From a bacterium (lineage in GTDB: Bacteria; Patescibacteriota; Minisyncoccia; Phycocordibacterales; UBA2100), in contig JAUSGQ010000065.1 in the NCBI GenBank assembly GCA_030674455.1, forward strand, positions 1 through 63,510: DNA of 63,510 bases. Direction: 5' to 3'. The notes beneath the pieces were generated by a model, which had not been told where the DNA came from, made no database searches, and worked only from the letters and a program-made list of their open reading frames with translations. The translations under genes were made by a program, and so were the position numbers. Below are positions 10,529 to 19,420 of the stretch, piece by piece. The first letter of the stretch is position 1; every line of letters begins with the position of its first letter.

Positions 10529-10591
10529 GCAAAATACCCAAGGTCTCACCTCAAATACAAAATTCCCGAGGAGAGACCTTGGGTATTTTGC
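10529..10591. promoter_or_regulatory. 19-bp-arm perfect inverted repeat in the divergent met promoter region
   Basis: GCAAAATACCCAAGGTCTC (10529-10547) pairs with GAGACCTTGGGTATTTTGC (10573-10591) across a 25-nt loop. TATAAT at 10602-10607 follows, and the metA ATG is at 10624. Confidence 0.6.
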
Positions 10592-10623
10592 AGAAGACCC
10601 TTATAATTCATACTCGCACTGAT

Positions 10624-11610
10624 ATGACGCTTATTATCGACAAGAAACTTCCTGCTTACACCTACCTCGAACGCGAGCAGGTTTTGGAGATGCCTACGGA
10701 CGAAGCCGAGAAGCAGGACATTCGCCCGATGGAAGTCGGAATATTGAATCTCATGCCGAGCGCGGTCGTGGAGAGGACTGAAGTTCAGCACTTGCGATTG
10801 CTGGCAAACACGCCGCTGCAAATACGCCCAACGTTCATTTATTTCGATACGCATAAATCGCGTTCCAAGCAGGACCACTTCAATGAGTTTTACAAAACCA
10901 TTTCGGAAGTAAAAAAAGCGGGATTGGATGGTCTCATACTGACGGGCGCGAATCTTGAAGACCGGGCATTTGAAGATGTTCTCTACTGGAAGGAACTCGT
11001 TGCTCTCATGGATTGGGCGCACGAAAGTGTCACCTCCACGATATATAGCTGCTGGTCTGCGCAGGCAAAGCTCTATCAAAAATATGGAATTCCTCCGCAC
11101 AAGTACCAAAAGAAAGTATTCGGTATTTTTGAGCATCAAGTACTCCATAAAAGAGGCTCTCCGTTTCTGGCGGGAATGGACGACGAGGTCTTAATTCCAC
11201 AATCGCGATGGCGCGGGGCCGAGAGTAAGGACTTTGCAGGACGCGACGAATTTGAAATTCTTATAGAGAGCAAAGACGCTGGGCCGATAGGTTCGATATC
11301 GGCAGGCCAAGCCACGAAATCTGCTGATTCGCCTGTAGTCGGGCCGCATATGGTCGCCGGGCGCGGAGGTCGGGAAATATATGTGCAAGGGCATCCGGAA
11401 TATTCACGTAACGATATTGCGGATGAATATTTCCGAGACAAATCCGCTGGAATAGAAATCAACACGCCGCGGAATTATTTCCCCGGAGGCGACGAGACCA
11501 AAACACCGATGAGAAATTGGAGCGCGAACGGGCAGGTATTCTATTCCAACTGGATAAACTGGGTGTATCGCACGACGAACGTGGACGTGAAAAAGCCCCT
11601 AATGGACTAA
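10624..11610 (+). CDS. metA: homoserine O-acyltransferase (MetA family)
   Basis: The N-terminus MTLIIDKKLPAYTYLEREQVLEM and ILNLMPSAVVERTEVQHLRLL match the MetA pattern. ATG at 10624. Confidence 0.9.
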   Translation: MTLIIDKKLPAYTYLEREQVLEMPTDEAEKQDIRPMEVGILNLMPSAVVERTEVQHLRLLANTPLQIRPTFIYFDTHKSRSKQDHFNEFYKTISEVKKAGLDGLILTGANLEDRAFEDVLYWKELVALMDWAHESVTSTIYSCWSAQAKLYQKYGIPPHKYQKKVFGIFEHQVLHKRGSPFLAGMDDEVLIPQSRWRGAESKDFAGRDEFEILIESKDAGPIGSISAGQATKSADSPVVGPHMVAGRGGREIYVQGHPEYSRNDIADEYFRDKSAGIEINTPRNYFPGGDETKTPMRNWSANGQVFYSNWINWVYRTTNVDVKKPLMD

Positions 11611-11612
11611 AT

Positions 11613-11658
11613 AAAATTGAGGTTTAACCTCAAGACCTTGAGGTTAAACCTCAATTTT
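11613..11658. terminator. 46-nt perfect palindrome between convergent genes
   Basis: AAAATTGAGGTTTAACCTCAAG ac CTTGAGGTTAAACCTCAATTTT. Each arm is itself internally palindromic. Confidence 0.7.
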
Positions 11659-11672
11659 CTCCGAAGGTCGGG

Positions 11673-13202
11673 CTAGAGCTGGTCTAGCGCGCGTTTCATT
11701 CTCTCTATAATTACAGCTTCGGGTTCTGTGCCGCAGGAAACGCGGATGAGATTGCGGTCCACTCCGCACTTTTCGGCGAACGGCAATTCGTCGTAATGAG
11801 CAATCATAGTGTAAGGACAAATGAGCGTGTAGTTCGTGCCGAGGCTCGGGCCTTTGCAAAATTCCAGCGAGTCATACAGTCTCGGTGTTTTGGAGCCGTC
11901 TTTGAGGACGAACGAGAGAAGCGAACAGTTGCCGCCGCCGGGCTTTCGGAAATAATCGTAGACGCCGCGCGAATCATTCGAGGAGTGATAGACGTGAGAA
12001 ACCTTAGGGTGGCCGGATAAGAATGTATTAAGGGAGTCGCCATTCTTGCTTTGGGTGCGCACGCGCTCCGCAAAATTCCGGGAATGCTCCTCCAAAATGA
12101 TGGCGTCGAGAAGGTACAGTTCGTTATCGTTATATTCGTCAAGAAATTTCTTGAAGGCCGGATAAAATTCGGAGTTTCTTTTTAGAATAACGCTTCCGGC
12201 CAAAACATCTCCCGTGCCGGAAAATGCTTTGGTCAAACTTGTTACCGCCACATCCGCAATGCGAAACACATCAATATTCACGGATGTCGCGGCAGTATCA
12301 TCAATAATTATCGGTATTTTTCTTTTCTCTTCCACGGCAATCGCTGCAATTCGCCGCAAATCTATGCTTTTGAGGAGAGGATTGCTGGGAATTTCCGAAA
12401 ATATGCCTGCGAGAGATTCCGCTTTAATGATTTTACGGAAATTATCGTAGTCGTCGTCAGTTACAAACGGCAGGAAATGCACGCCTGCACCGAAGTATTC
12501 CTGAATTTTTAGCGTGTCGACGTATGGGAAATCAAGCTGCGCAGTTTTCAGCCCCGGAAGAATCGCCGAGATCGTTCTGTGTACGGCATAAATCGCGGCC
12601 ACTCCCGAAGGAAACAAAAATACATCGTCTGCATCCTGCCCTGTGACTTCTGCGAGGCGTTCTTTAATTGTCTCTGCGGCTTTTTTGCCGTTCTCTATCA
12701 CATCACGCTCCAGAGATTTTCCATGAAGCGCACTTTCTGCCTGCCGAATGCTTAGAATCTCACCGCAAAAGCGCCAATAGAGGCGCGCGGTTGAATAATC
12801 ATCTTTGGAAAAGAAAGTTACGCCGAGTTTTTCCGGGCCGTATTCAATGACGCGCGTTTTGCTTTGGTCGATAGGGTCGGTATCGGCACCTGTAGACGGC
12901 CGATATTTCTTGATGAACTGCGCGCAGCGCTCCGCATGAATTCTGCGCGGAAAAACCAGCGCCCGCTCTTCCGTTCTCGCGAGCTCTTTTTCTATCTTTT
13001 CAATTAATTTTGAAACGATAGGGTTGATAAAAAAACGAGGGTAGCCGCTTTGGAGTTTGTTGATAACCGCCGGATCTTTTTCTTCGTATCCGATTATGGA
13101 TTTCCACGTCGGCAAGCAAACCGACACGCCATATGGAGTGGGCGGAATCGGAGTCCCCAAGTCTTCGGGACGCCACAGCGGGTCAGTTAATAGGTTTCGC
13201 AT
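11673..13202 (-). CDS. PLP-dependent transsulfuration-family enzyme with a long N-terminal extension (cystathionine gamma-synthase-like)
   Basis: SLTKAFSGTGDVLAGS lysine motif, aminotransferase-fold length, and an N-terminal region LQSGYPRFFINP. The exact activity cannot be assigned. Confidence 0.7.
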   Translation of the reverse strand: MRNLLTDPLWRPEDLGTPIPPTPYGVSVCLPTWKSIIGYEEKDPAVINKLQSGYPRFFINPIVSKLIEKIEKELARTEERALVFPRRIHAERCAQFIKKYRPSTGADTDPIDQSKTRVIEYGPEKLGVTFFSKDDYSTARLYWRFCGEILSIRQAESALHGKSLERDVIENGKKAAETIKERLAEVTGQDADDVFLFPSGVAAIYAVHRTISAILPGLKTAQLDFPYVDTLKIQEYFGAGVHFLPFVTDDDYDNFRKIIKAESLAGIFSEIPSNPLLKSIDLRRIAAIAVEEKRKIPIIIDDTAATSVNIDVFRIADVAVTSLTKAFSGTGDVLAGSVILKRNSEFYPAFKKFLDEYNDNELYLLDAIILEEHSRNFAERVRTQSKNGDSLNTFLSGHPKVSHVYHSSNDSRGVYDYFRKPGGGNCSLLSFVLKDGSKTPRLYDSLEFCKGPSLGTNYTLICPYTMIAHYDELPFAEKCGVDRNLIRVSCGTEPEAVIIERMKRALDQL

Positions 13203-13243
13203 ACCCGGTTAGTATAAACGAAATGAACGGAATTTCCGATGTT

Positions 13244-13367
13244 ACCCCGTTAGAAGTTTCGGAAGTCAGGAATAGCATCAACCGAAGATTTCTTTATCAG
13301 AATTATCAAATCTCTTTGGTCAAGCATTTTATGAAACGGAAGCATCGCTTCCTACTTCTAACGGGGT
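13244..13367. repeat. 124-nt element bounded by 14-bp inverted repeats
   Basis: ACCCCGTTAGAAGT (13244-13257) pairs with ACTTCTAACGGGGT (13354-13367). Confidence 0.7.
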
Positions 13368-13398
13368 GTTATAATTCAATGGCGCATGGCCTCTCTGC

Positions 13399-13436
13399 TT
13401 TTACATTTTTGACTTTTGATTTTTACATTTTGACTT
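13399..13436 (+). promoter_or_regulatory. two direct repeats TTTTACATTTT(T)GACTT just upstream of pilB
   Basis: 13399-13415 and 13421-13436, period 22 nt, ending 6 nt before the ATG at 13443. Confidence 0.5.
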
Positions 13437-13442
13437 AATTTT

Positions 13443-15182
13443 ATGTATATCTCCGACACCCATTTAAAAACATTTCTCGCGGATGCGGGACTTGTCTCGC
13501 AGAAGGATTTTGACGTGGCAGAACGGGAAGCAAAGGGAAAGGGAAAGCAAGTCGGCGAGGTTCTTGTCTCAAAAAGCGCAATAGGCGAGGACGAACTTCG
13601 CAGAACATACGCGTACATTCTCGGAATCCCGTTCGTTTCGCTTACCGGAACAAAAATAAAATTCGAAACGCTCTCTCTCATACCCGAACCGGTCGCGCGG
13701 CGCAACAATATCATCGCCTACAACCGCCGCGGCGACGAACTCGAGGTCGCGATGCTCGACACGGATGACCTGGCAGCGATTGATTTCATAAAAAAGACAA
13801 CGCACCTCAAGATTTTGTCGCGCCTTACTGACGTGGCATCGGTGAAATTCGCGCTCAAAGAATACCAGCAGTCGCTCAAAGATAATCTCGGCGATGTAAT
13901 CGAGCGGGAAACCGTTGCGCTTCTAAAATCCGCTCCGGAAAATAAAGAAGAGGACTTGCGCCAGGTTGCTGAAGGAGTGCCAGCCGTGCGAATCGTAGAT
14001 ACGCTCATCCGCCATGCCAATGCGCAGGGCGCCTCCGACATCCACATCGAGCCCTTGGAAGAATCACTCCTCATTCGCTATCGCATAGACGGAATTTTGC
14101 ATGACGCGATGGAACTTCCGAAACATGCCGCGAACGCGATAACGGCTCGCGTAAAAGTTTTGGCGAATATGAAACTCGATGAGCACCGCCTGCCGCAGGA
14201 CGGCCGCTTCGGCGCGGAGTCCGGAGGCGACAAAATATCATTTCGCGTTTCTGTTCTGCCCACATACTTTGGAGAGAAAATAGTGATGCGGCTCTTGCGC
14301 GACAATATTTCCGGATTCACGCTTGAATACATCGGTTTTCACGGGCTCGCTCTGGAGCGCATGCATGAAGCGATGCGAAGTACAACGGGCATGATCCTTG
14401 CCACAGGCCCAACAGGCGCGGGAAAGTCGACGACCCTATACACGCTCTTGGACCTCGTCAACACTCCTAACGTGAATATTTCGACGATTGAGGACCCCAT
14501 CGAATATCAGATGGCGCGTGTCAATCAAACGCAGGTCCGTCCCGAAATCGGTTTTACATTTGCGAACGGTTTGCGTAGCCTCGTACGCCAAGACCCCGAC
14601 ATCATCATGGTCGGCGAAATTCGCGACAAGGAAACCGCATCGCTCGCGATAAACGCCGCGCTCACCGGACACCTCGTTCTCTCTACGCTGCACACGAACT
14701 CTGCGGCAGGCGCTATCCCGCGGCTTTTGGACATGGGTGTTGAGCCGTTCCTTCTCGTTTCAACTCTGCGCGTGATTGTCGGACAGCGCCTGGTGCGGAA
14801 ACTCTCGCCCGACCGCGAGAAGTACGAGCTTTCGCGCAACGAGCAGATGCAGCTTGAGAAAGAAGTTGATGCCGGCGCAGTCTTGCGCTCGCTCAAAGAA
14901 GAAAAAGCGGTCCCCAAGGAAGCCACATGGAAAAATGTTCCGTTCTATCGCCCAAAGGAAACTGCAGAATCTCCATCCGGCTATTCGGGGCGGATCGGAA
15001 TTCACGAAGTTCTTCCCGTAACCTTGACCATTAAAGAATTGATAATGGCGAGCGGAACAGGCGATGCACTCGAAAAACAGGCGCGCTCGGAGGGGATGCT
15101 CTCGATGAGCGAGGACGGGATATTTAAAGCGGCGCAGGGAATTACTACAATTGAAGAAGTGCTTCGTGTTATTACGGAGTAA
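13443..15182 (+). CDS. pilB: type IV pilus / type II secretion assembly ATPase (PilB/GspE family)
   Basis: T2SSE_N-like N-terminus, Walker A GPTGAGKSTT, DPDIIMVGEIRD and LVLSTLHTNSAAGAI. Confidence 0.9.
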   Translation: MYISDTHLKTFLADAGLVSQKDFDVAEREAKGKGKQVGEVLVSKSAIGEDELRRTYAYILGIPFVSLTGTKIKFETLSLIPEPVARRNNIIAYNRRGDELEVAMLDTDDLAAIDFIKKTTHLKILSRLTDVASVKFALKEYQQSLKDNLGDVIERETVALLKSAPENKEEDLRQVAEGVPAVRIVDTLIRHANAQGASDIHIEPLEESLLIRYRIDGILHDAMELPKHAANAITARVKVLANMKLDEHRLPQDGRFGAESGGDKISFRVSVLPTYFGEKIVMRLLRDNISGFTLEYIGFHGLALERMHEAMRSTTGMILATGPTGAGKSTTLYTLLDLVNTPNVNISTIEDPIEYQMARVNQTQVRPEIGFTFANGLRSLVRQDPDIIMVGEIRDKETASLAINAALTGHLVLSTLHTNSAAGAIPRLLDMGVEPFLLVSTLRVIVGQRLVRKLSPDREKYELSRNEQMQLEKEVDAGAVLRSLKEEKAVPKEATWKNVPFYRPKETAESPSGYSGRIGIHEVLPVTLTIKELIMASGTGDALEKQARSEGMLSMSEDGIFKAAQGITTIEEVLRVITE

Positions 15183-15191
15183 TAACACGAA

Positions 15192-15226
15192 GTATTCTGT
15201 ATACGGTATTCCGTATTCTGTATGAT
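15192..15226 (+). repeat. five GTATNNN heptads (array contains the ATG of the next gene)
   Basis: GTATTCT GTATACG GTATTCC GTATTCT GTATGAT with an exact 7-nt period. Confidence 0.9.
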
Positions 15227-15581
15227 TCAAAGGTTTACTGACCTGCATGCATGGCAAGAAGCGCATAAATTGGTACTTTTGGTGTATAAAATCACGCGTT
15301 CATATCCGCGCGAAGAACAATTTGGATTGGTGAATCAGAGCAGACGCGCAGTAGTTTCAATAACATCAAACATCGCGGAAGGATTTGGGCGTAGCACAAG
15401 AAAAGACAAAGTTAATTTTTACATGATGGCGCGTACCTCGCTGACAGAATTGCGCAATCAAATAATCATTGCTCGCGACCTCATGTATATTGACACAAAG
15501 ACAGATGAACAATTTTGCGTTTCCGCTGAATCAGTAGCAAAACTTATATCTGGACTTGAGCGCTCTGCGTCAGATAAATAA
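15222..15581 (+). CDS. four-helix-bundle protein (23S rRNA intervening-sequence protein family)
   Basis: FTDLHAWQEAHKLVLLVYKIT...FGLVNQSRRAVVSITSNIAEGFGR...FYMMARTSLTELRNQ matches the family signature known from memory. Confidence 0.85.
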   Translation: MIQRFTDLHAWQEAHKLVLLVYKITRSYPREEQFGLVNQSRRAVVSITSNIAEGFGRSTRKDKVNFYMMARTSLTELRNQIIIARDLMYIDTKTDEQFCVSAESVAKLISGLERSASDK

Positions 15582-15593
15582 TGTTTTGTATTT

Positions 15594-15626
15594 ATACCGA
15601 ATACAATATACAGAATACGGTATACT
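15594..15626 (-). repeat. five inverted heptads (ATAC cores every 7 nt)
   Basis: ATAC cores at 15594, 15601, 15608, 15615 and 15622. This is the inverted partner of the 15192-15226 array. Confidence 0.9.
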
Positions 15627-15632
15627 TAAGGC

Positions 15633-16850
15633 ATGCGCTTTGCTTATACTGCCGAAAAAAATGACGGCGAAGTTTACAAGGGAATAGCCCAAGCGCAGGA
15701 CCGTTTTGAACTGTACGAAATAATTCGGCGCGAGGGAGCGCACATAATCTCCATTAATGAAGAAGTGAATCGCGGGGTTTTTAGTTTTTCATACTGGAAC
15801 GCCAAACTATCCAGCGTTTCGGAATACGAGAAAATTCTATTCGCGCGAAATTTGGGCGCCATGCTCGGCGCGGGATTATCGCTTGCACGCGCGCTGTCGG
15901 TCATGGAGAGACAGATAAAAAATCCGAAAATGTCGAACATCGTATCCGAACTATCGAGCGATGTGCGCAGAGGGGAGTCATTTCACGCATCGCTCGCAAA
16001 ACACCCTGCCGCGTTCAGCAAGCTCTTGGTTGCAATGGTACGCGCTGGCGAAGAAGGAGGAGATCTGCCCGCATCGCTCACGACCGTCGCCGACCAGATG
16101 GAGCGCATGTACAGTCTGAAAAAGAAAATCCACGGGGCTCTGATATATCCTTCGATCGTCGTATTGGCCATGGTGGGCATTACCATACTCATGATGATTA
16201 AAGTCGTGCCGACTCTGGCGCAAACGTTCTTAGAAATGAAGATCGCATTGCCAATGTCTACGCAAGTAATAATTTCCATAAGCAACTTCTTAGTGCAATA
16301 CACAGTGTTGGCGCTCGTATTAATTTTCGGAATATTTGCAGCTGTGTATTTTTCGCTCCGAACGTCGGTCGGCAAACGTCTTGGCGATTTCGTATCATTA
16401 CACCTGCCGATCATAGGAACGCTCACGCGGGAAGTTAATGCGGCGCGAACTTCGCGCACGCTGGCTTCTCTTCTTGCTTCCGGCGTTGATGTGCTGACAT
16501 CTCTCGATATAGCCGGCGAAGTCGTGCAAAACTCCTACTTTCAAAAAGTTATTCGCGACGCGCGGATAGCCGTGGGACAGGGCCAGCAATTGTCGGCAAT
16601 TTTTGCCAAACGCGACGATCTATATCCGACCTTCGTGGGAGAGATGATGTCGGTTGGTGAGGAGACTGGACAAACCGGTGAAATGTTAAAACGTCTCGCT
16701 CTCTTTTACGAGGATGAAGTGGACCGAAAGACAAAGGACATGTCGACGGTTATTGAACCGTTTCTTATGGTCTTTATTGCTGCGGGAGTCGGATTTTTTG
16801 CCGTCTCGATGATAAGCCCCATATATTCTTTGTCGGAACACATCGGGTAG
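15633..16850 (+). CDS. pilC: type IV pilus platform protein (PilC/GspF family)
   Basis: Two GspF-type repeats (LARNLGAMLGAGLSLARAL; TSRTLASLLASGVDVLTSL) and three TM segments. Confidence 0.9.
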   Translation: MRFAYTAEKNDGEVYKGIAQAQDRFELYEIIRREGAHIISINEEVNRGVFSFSYWNAKLSSVSEYEKILFARNLGAMLGAGLSLARALSVMERQIKNPKMSNIVSELSSDVRRGESFHASLAKHPAAFSKLLVAMVRAGEEGGDLPASLTTVADQMERMYSLKKKIHGALIYPSIVVLAMVGITILMMIKVVPTLAQTFLEMKIALPMSTQVIISISNFLVQYTVLALVLIFGIFAAVYFSLRTSVGKRLGDFVSLHLPIIGTLTREVNAARTSRTLASLLASGVDVLTSLDIAGEVVQNSYFQKVIRDARIAVGQGQQLSAIFAKRDDLYPTFVGEMMSVGEETGQTGEMLKRLALFYEDEVDRKTKDMSTVIEPFLMVFIAAGVGFFAVSMISPIYSLSEHIG

Positions 16851-16866
16851 GGCACAGGAGTATACC

Positions 16867-16985
16867 GTATATGGTATTCAGTATTCTGTATAAGAATCAC
16901 AGCAGAAGCGACTCGCGCGCATTTCATACGGAATACGGAATACGGAATACGGAATACTCTCCTCGGGCGCGCCGCGCCCGAGGAG
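16867..16985 (+). repeat. heptad array / spacer / inverted heptad array / GC hairpin module 1
   Basis: GTAT cores at 16867, 16874, 16881 and 16888. ATAC cores at 16926, 16933, 16940, 16947 and 16954. Perfect 13+13 hairpin at 16959-16985. Confidence 0.9.
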
Positions 16986-18733
16986 TGACTCTCATCGACA
17001 CGCTCGTTGCAAGCGCTCTCATGCTCGTCGTGTTTGTGGGAATAGCGGGAGTCTTTAAGTTGAGCGTCGACGTGATTACGAACAACAAGGCGCGCGCCGG
17101 AGCAATCGCACTGGCGAACGAGCGAATGGAGGACATTCGTTCTCTGTCGTATGCATTGGTGGGAACTGTCGGAGGAATTCCTTCGGGCTCCATAGCACAA
17201 TCGGACACAGTGGTTCAGAACGCAATTACATATACGCGCCGTACCACCGTTATGTATGGAGACGACCCCTACGACGGGCTTGGTGCTGCGGACACCAAAC
17301 CGGCGTCGGCTCCGACATCGCTCGATTACAAAATAGCGCGCGTGGACGTGGCGTGGGAATCGCGCACCGGCACTCGGCACCTGACATTTGTGACGAGAAT
17401 AGAGCCGACGAACGGCATTGAAACGCCATGTCCTGTGACCGCGCCCTGCGGAACGCTCGCAATTTCCGTTTATAACGCTTCAACAGAACCGATATCCAAT
17501 GCTAGCGTGCGCATAGTGAATTCCGGCACGAGTCCGATTGTCGACACTACTATCTACACAAACTCTCTGGGAGAAATGGCGCTCGGCGGCGTCCCGGCGG
17601 CGTCCGGATATGAAGTTACCGTTACAAAATCGGGGTACAGCACCGACCGCACATACAATCCGACATCGCAAAATACCAATCCGACGCCGGGTCCGTTTAC
17701 GGTTTCTTCCAATCAAACGACTTCAGGAACATTCCGAATCGACCTTCTCTCAAGCTTGACGGTCAACACGTATTCGTTGAGCACGAACAGTTGGACGGAT
17801 TTTTTTTCCGACGAGAGCAAAATAAATTGGCAGACCACGACGAACATTGCGGTCTCGGGGAATCAGGCGCGATTCGCGGGTAACCAGCCGTGGCTCCTGC
17901 CGGCAGATTTGTACTCGCAGACCATCACGCCGGTGGCGCTTACGCGGTGGGGAACATTCAGCTGGAATGATACCCGTCCATCGGAAACCACTATTACATA
18001 CCAGGTCTATTATACCGACGGCGCTGTTACAGCTCCGATCCCGGACAATATTCTCACCGGAAATATTGCGGGATTCTCGACGGAATCAACTACTTCTGTT
18101 GATTTGAGTGCAATTCCCGCGGACGAATACCCGAGCCTCATACTTGAAGCGTATCTTGTGGCGCAAAACCCGAACGCACCCTCTCCGTCGATACAAGATT
18201 GGAGTTTGACGTATGACAGCGGACAGGGAATTGCGATTCCATTTACTCTCCGCGGCGCAAAAACCATCGGAAGCGGACCAAGCGGCACTGTTTATAAATA
18301 TAGTCAGTTGCATACGACGAATTCTTCGGGAACGTTTTCTCTGCCCGCTATCGAATGGGATACATATACGATGTCGGTTGCCGCATCCACCGGCTACGAT
18401 ATTTCCACTTCTTGTCCGACGCAGCCGATAGCTCTAGAGCCGAATTCTTCAACAACGACACTGCTGTATCTTTCACCGCACACGACAAATTCCCTGCTGG
18501 TGGATGTGAAGAACGGCACGGGAGCGTATCTTTCCGGCGCAACGGTGGAAATCAAGAAGGGAAGCGCTACCCAGGATAAAACTGCGGATGCTTGCGGACA
18601 GGCATTTTTTGGAGGTCTCACGAACGGACAATATACGGTGACTGTCACAGAAGACGGATACGTGACATCAACAACACCGAGTGTAGATGTGACTAATTAC
18701 TCGACGGTTTCGGTAATTATGGAAAGTATTTAG
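16871..18733 (+). CDS. large pilin-like protein with prepilin-type N-terminus and CarboxypepD_reg-like beta domains
   Basis: G|VTLIDTLVASALMLVVFVGIAGVF class-III signal core. Repeats of the type ISVYNAS...VRIVNSG and LLVDVKNGTGAYLSGATVEIKKG. The start is at an ATG inside the heptad array. Confidence 0.75.
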   Translation: MVFSILYKNHSRSDSRAFHTEYGIRNTEYSPRARRARGVTLIDTLVASALMLVVFVGIAGVFKLSVDVITNNKARAGAIALANERMEDIRSLSYALVGTVGGIPSGSIAQSDTVVQNAITYTRRTTVMYGDDPYDGLGAADTKPASAPTSLDYKIARVDVAWESRTGTRHLTFVTRIEPTNGIETPCPVTAPCGTLAISVYNASTEPISNASVRIVNSGTSPIVDTTIYTNSLGEMALGGVPAASGYEVTVTKSGYSTDRTYNPTSQNTNPTPGPFTVSSNQTTSGTFRIDLLSSLTVNTYSLSTNSWTDFFSDESKINWQTTTNIAVSGNQARFAGNQPWLLPADLYSQTITPVALTRWGTFSWNDTRPSETTITYQVYYTDGAVTAPIPDNILTGNIAGFSTESTTSVDLSAIPADEYPSLILEAYLVAQNPNAPSPSIQDWSLTYDSGQGIAIPFTLRGAKTIGSGPSGTVYKYSQLHTTNSSGTFSLPAIEWDTYTMSVAASTGYDISTSCPTQPIALEPNSSTTTLLYLSPHTTNSLLVDVKNGTGAYLSGATVEIKKGSATQDKTADACGQAFFGGLTNGQYTVTVTEDGYVTSTTPSVDVTNYSTVSVIMESI

Positions 18734-18850
18734 TATATGGTATTCCGTATTCAGTATAAAAAAGGCCGCAAAAGCGAATCGCCCGCATTTCATACCGTAT
18801 ACCGTATACAGAATACAAAATACTGTGCGCGTGCGCTTCGCGCCTGCGGA
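18726..18850 (+). repeat. heptad/hairpin module 2
   Basis: Same architecture as module 1, with a weaker GC-rich segment at 18824-18850. Confidence 0.85.
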
Positions 18851-19420
18851 ATGACCCTGATAGAAACAGTAGTCGGAATTGCGGTTCTAATTATCGTGTT
18901 TCTTGCGCTCACATCCTCGCTCCTATATTTCTATCGCACGAACAGGTACGCAATCGAACAATCGAGCGCGGTCACTTCTGCACAGCGGGGAATTGATAAG
19001 GCAATTCGCACTATCCGCGAGGCGAGCTATTCGAGCGAGGGAGCGTTTCCTATTGTTTCAATCTCTGCCAATGACTTCGTGTTCTATGCCGACGTTGATT
19101 CGGACCCATTGATAGAGAAAATCCACTACTATATTTCAGGCACATCCCTAATGCAGGGGGCTGTAGACGCGACCGGCGACCCGCCTGCATACACCGGTGC
19201 CGAAGTAGCATCGATGATTTCGGATTACGTGCACAATATAGACCAGGGTATCCCCATGTTCCATTATTTTGATGCGAACGGTACTGCAATAACCGATTAC
19301 CAAAACCAATGGGCGAACGTGCGTTTTGTGAAAGCGAGCATCGTAGTAAATGTTGACCCCAACAAACTTCCGAATCAAATGACTCTTAGTTCATCCGCGG
19401 CGCTGAGGAACCTGAAATAA
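18737..19420 (+). CDS. pilin-like (pseudopilin) protein
   Basis: G|MTLIETVVGIAVLIIVFLALTS is a classic prepilin cleavage/methylation motif with Glu at +5. Confidence 0.75.
   Translation: MVFRIQYKKGRKSESPAFHTVYRIQNTKYCARALRACGMTLIETVVGIAVLIIVFLALTSSLLYFYRTNRYAIEQSSAVTSAQRGIDKAIRTIREASYSSEGAFPIVSISANDFVFYADVDSDPLIEKIHYYISGTSLMQGAVDATGDPPAYTGAEVASMISDYVHNIDQGIPMFHYFDANGTAITDYQNQWANVRFVKASIVVNVDPNKLPNQMTLSSSAALRNLK

Noticed and set aside
10476-10623. SAM or other riboswitch upstream of the met genes
   Set aside because: I could not recognise conserved SAM-I/II core sequences by eye. The region is dominated by a simple 19-bp-arm palindrome. This needs cmsearch for a definitive answer.
10546-11148. 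200-aa minus-strand ORF overlapping metA
   Set aside because: It is antisense to a clear MetA-family gene and has no recognisable motifs.
16706-17380. 224-aa minus-strand ORF spanning the pilC end and the first pilin gene
   Set aside because: It is antisense to two supported genes and reads through the heptad arrays.
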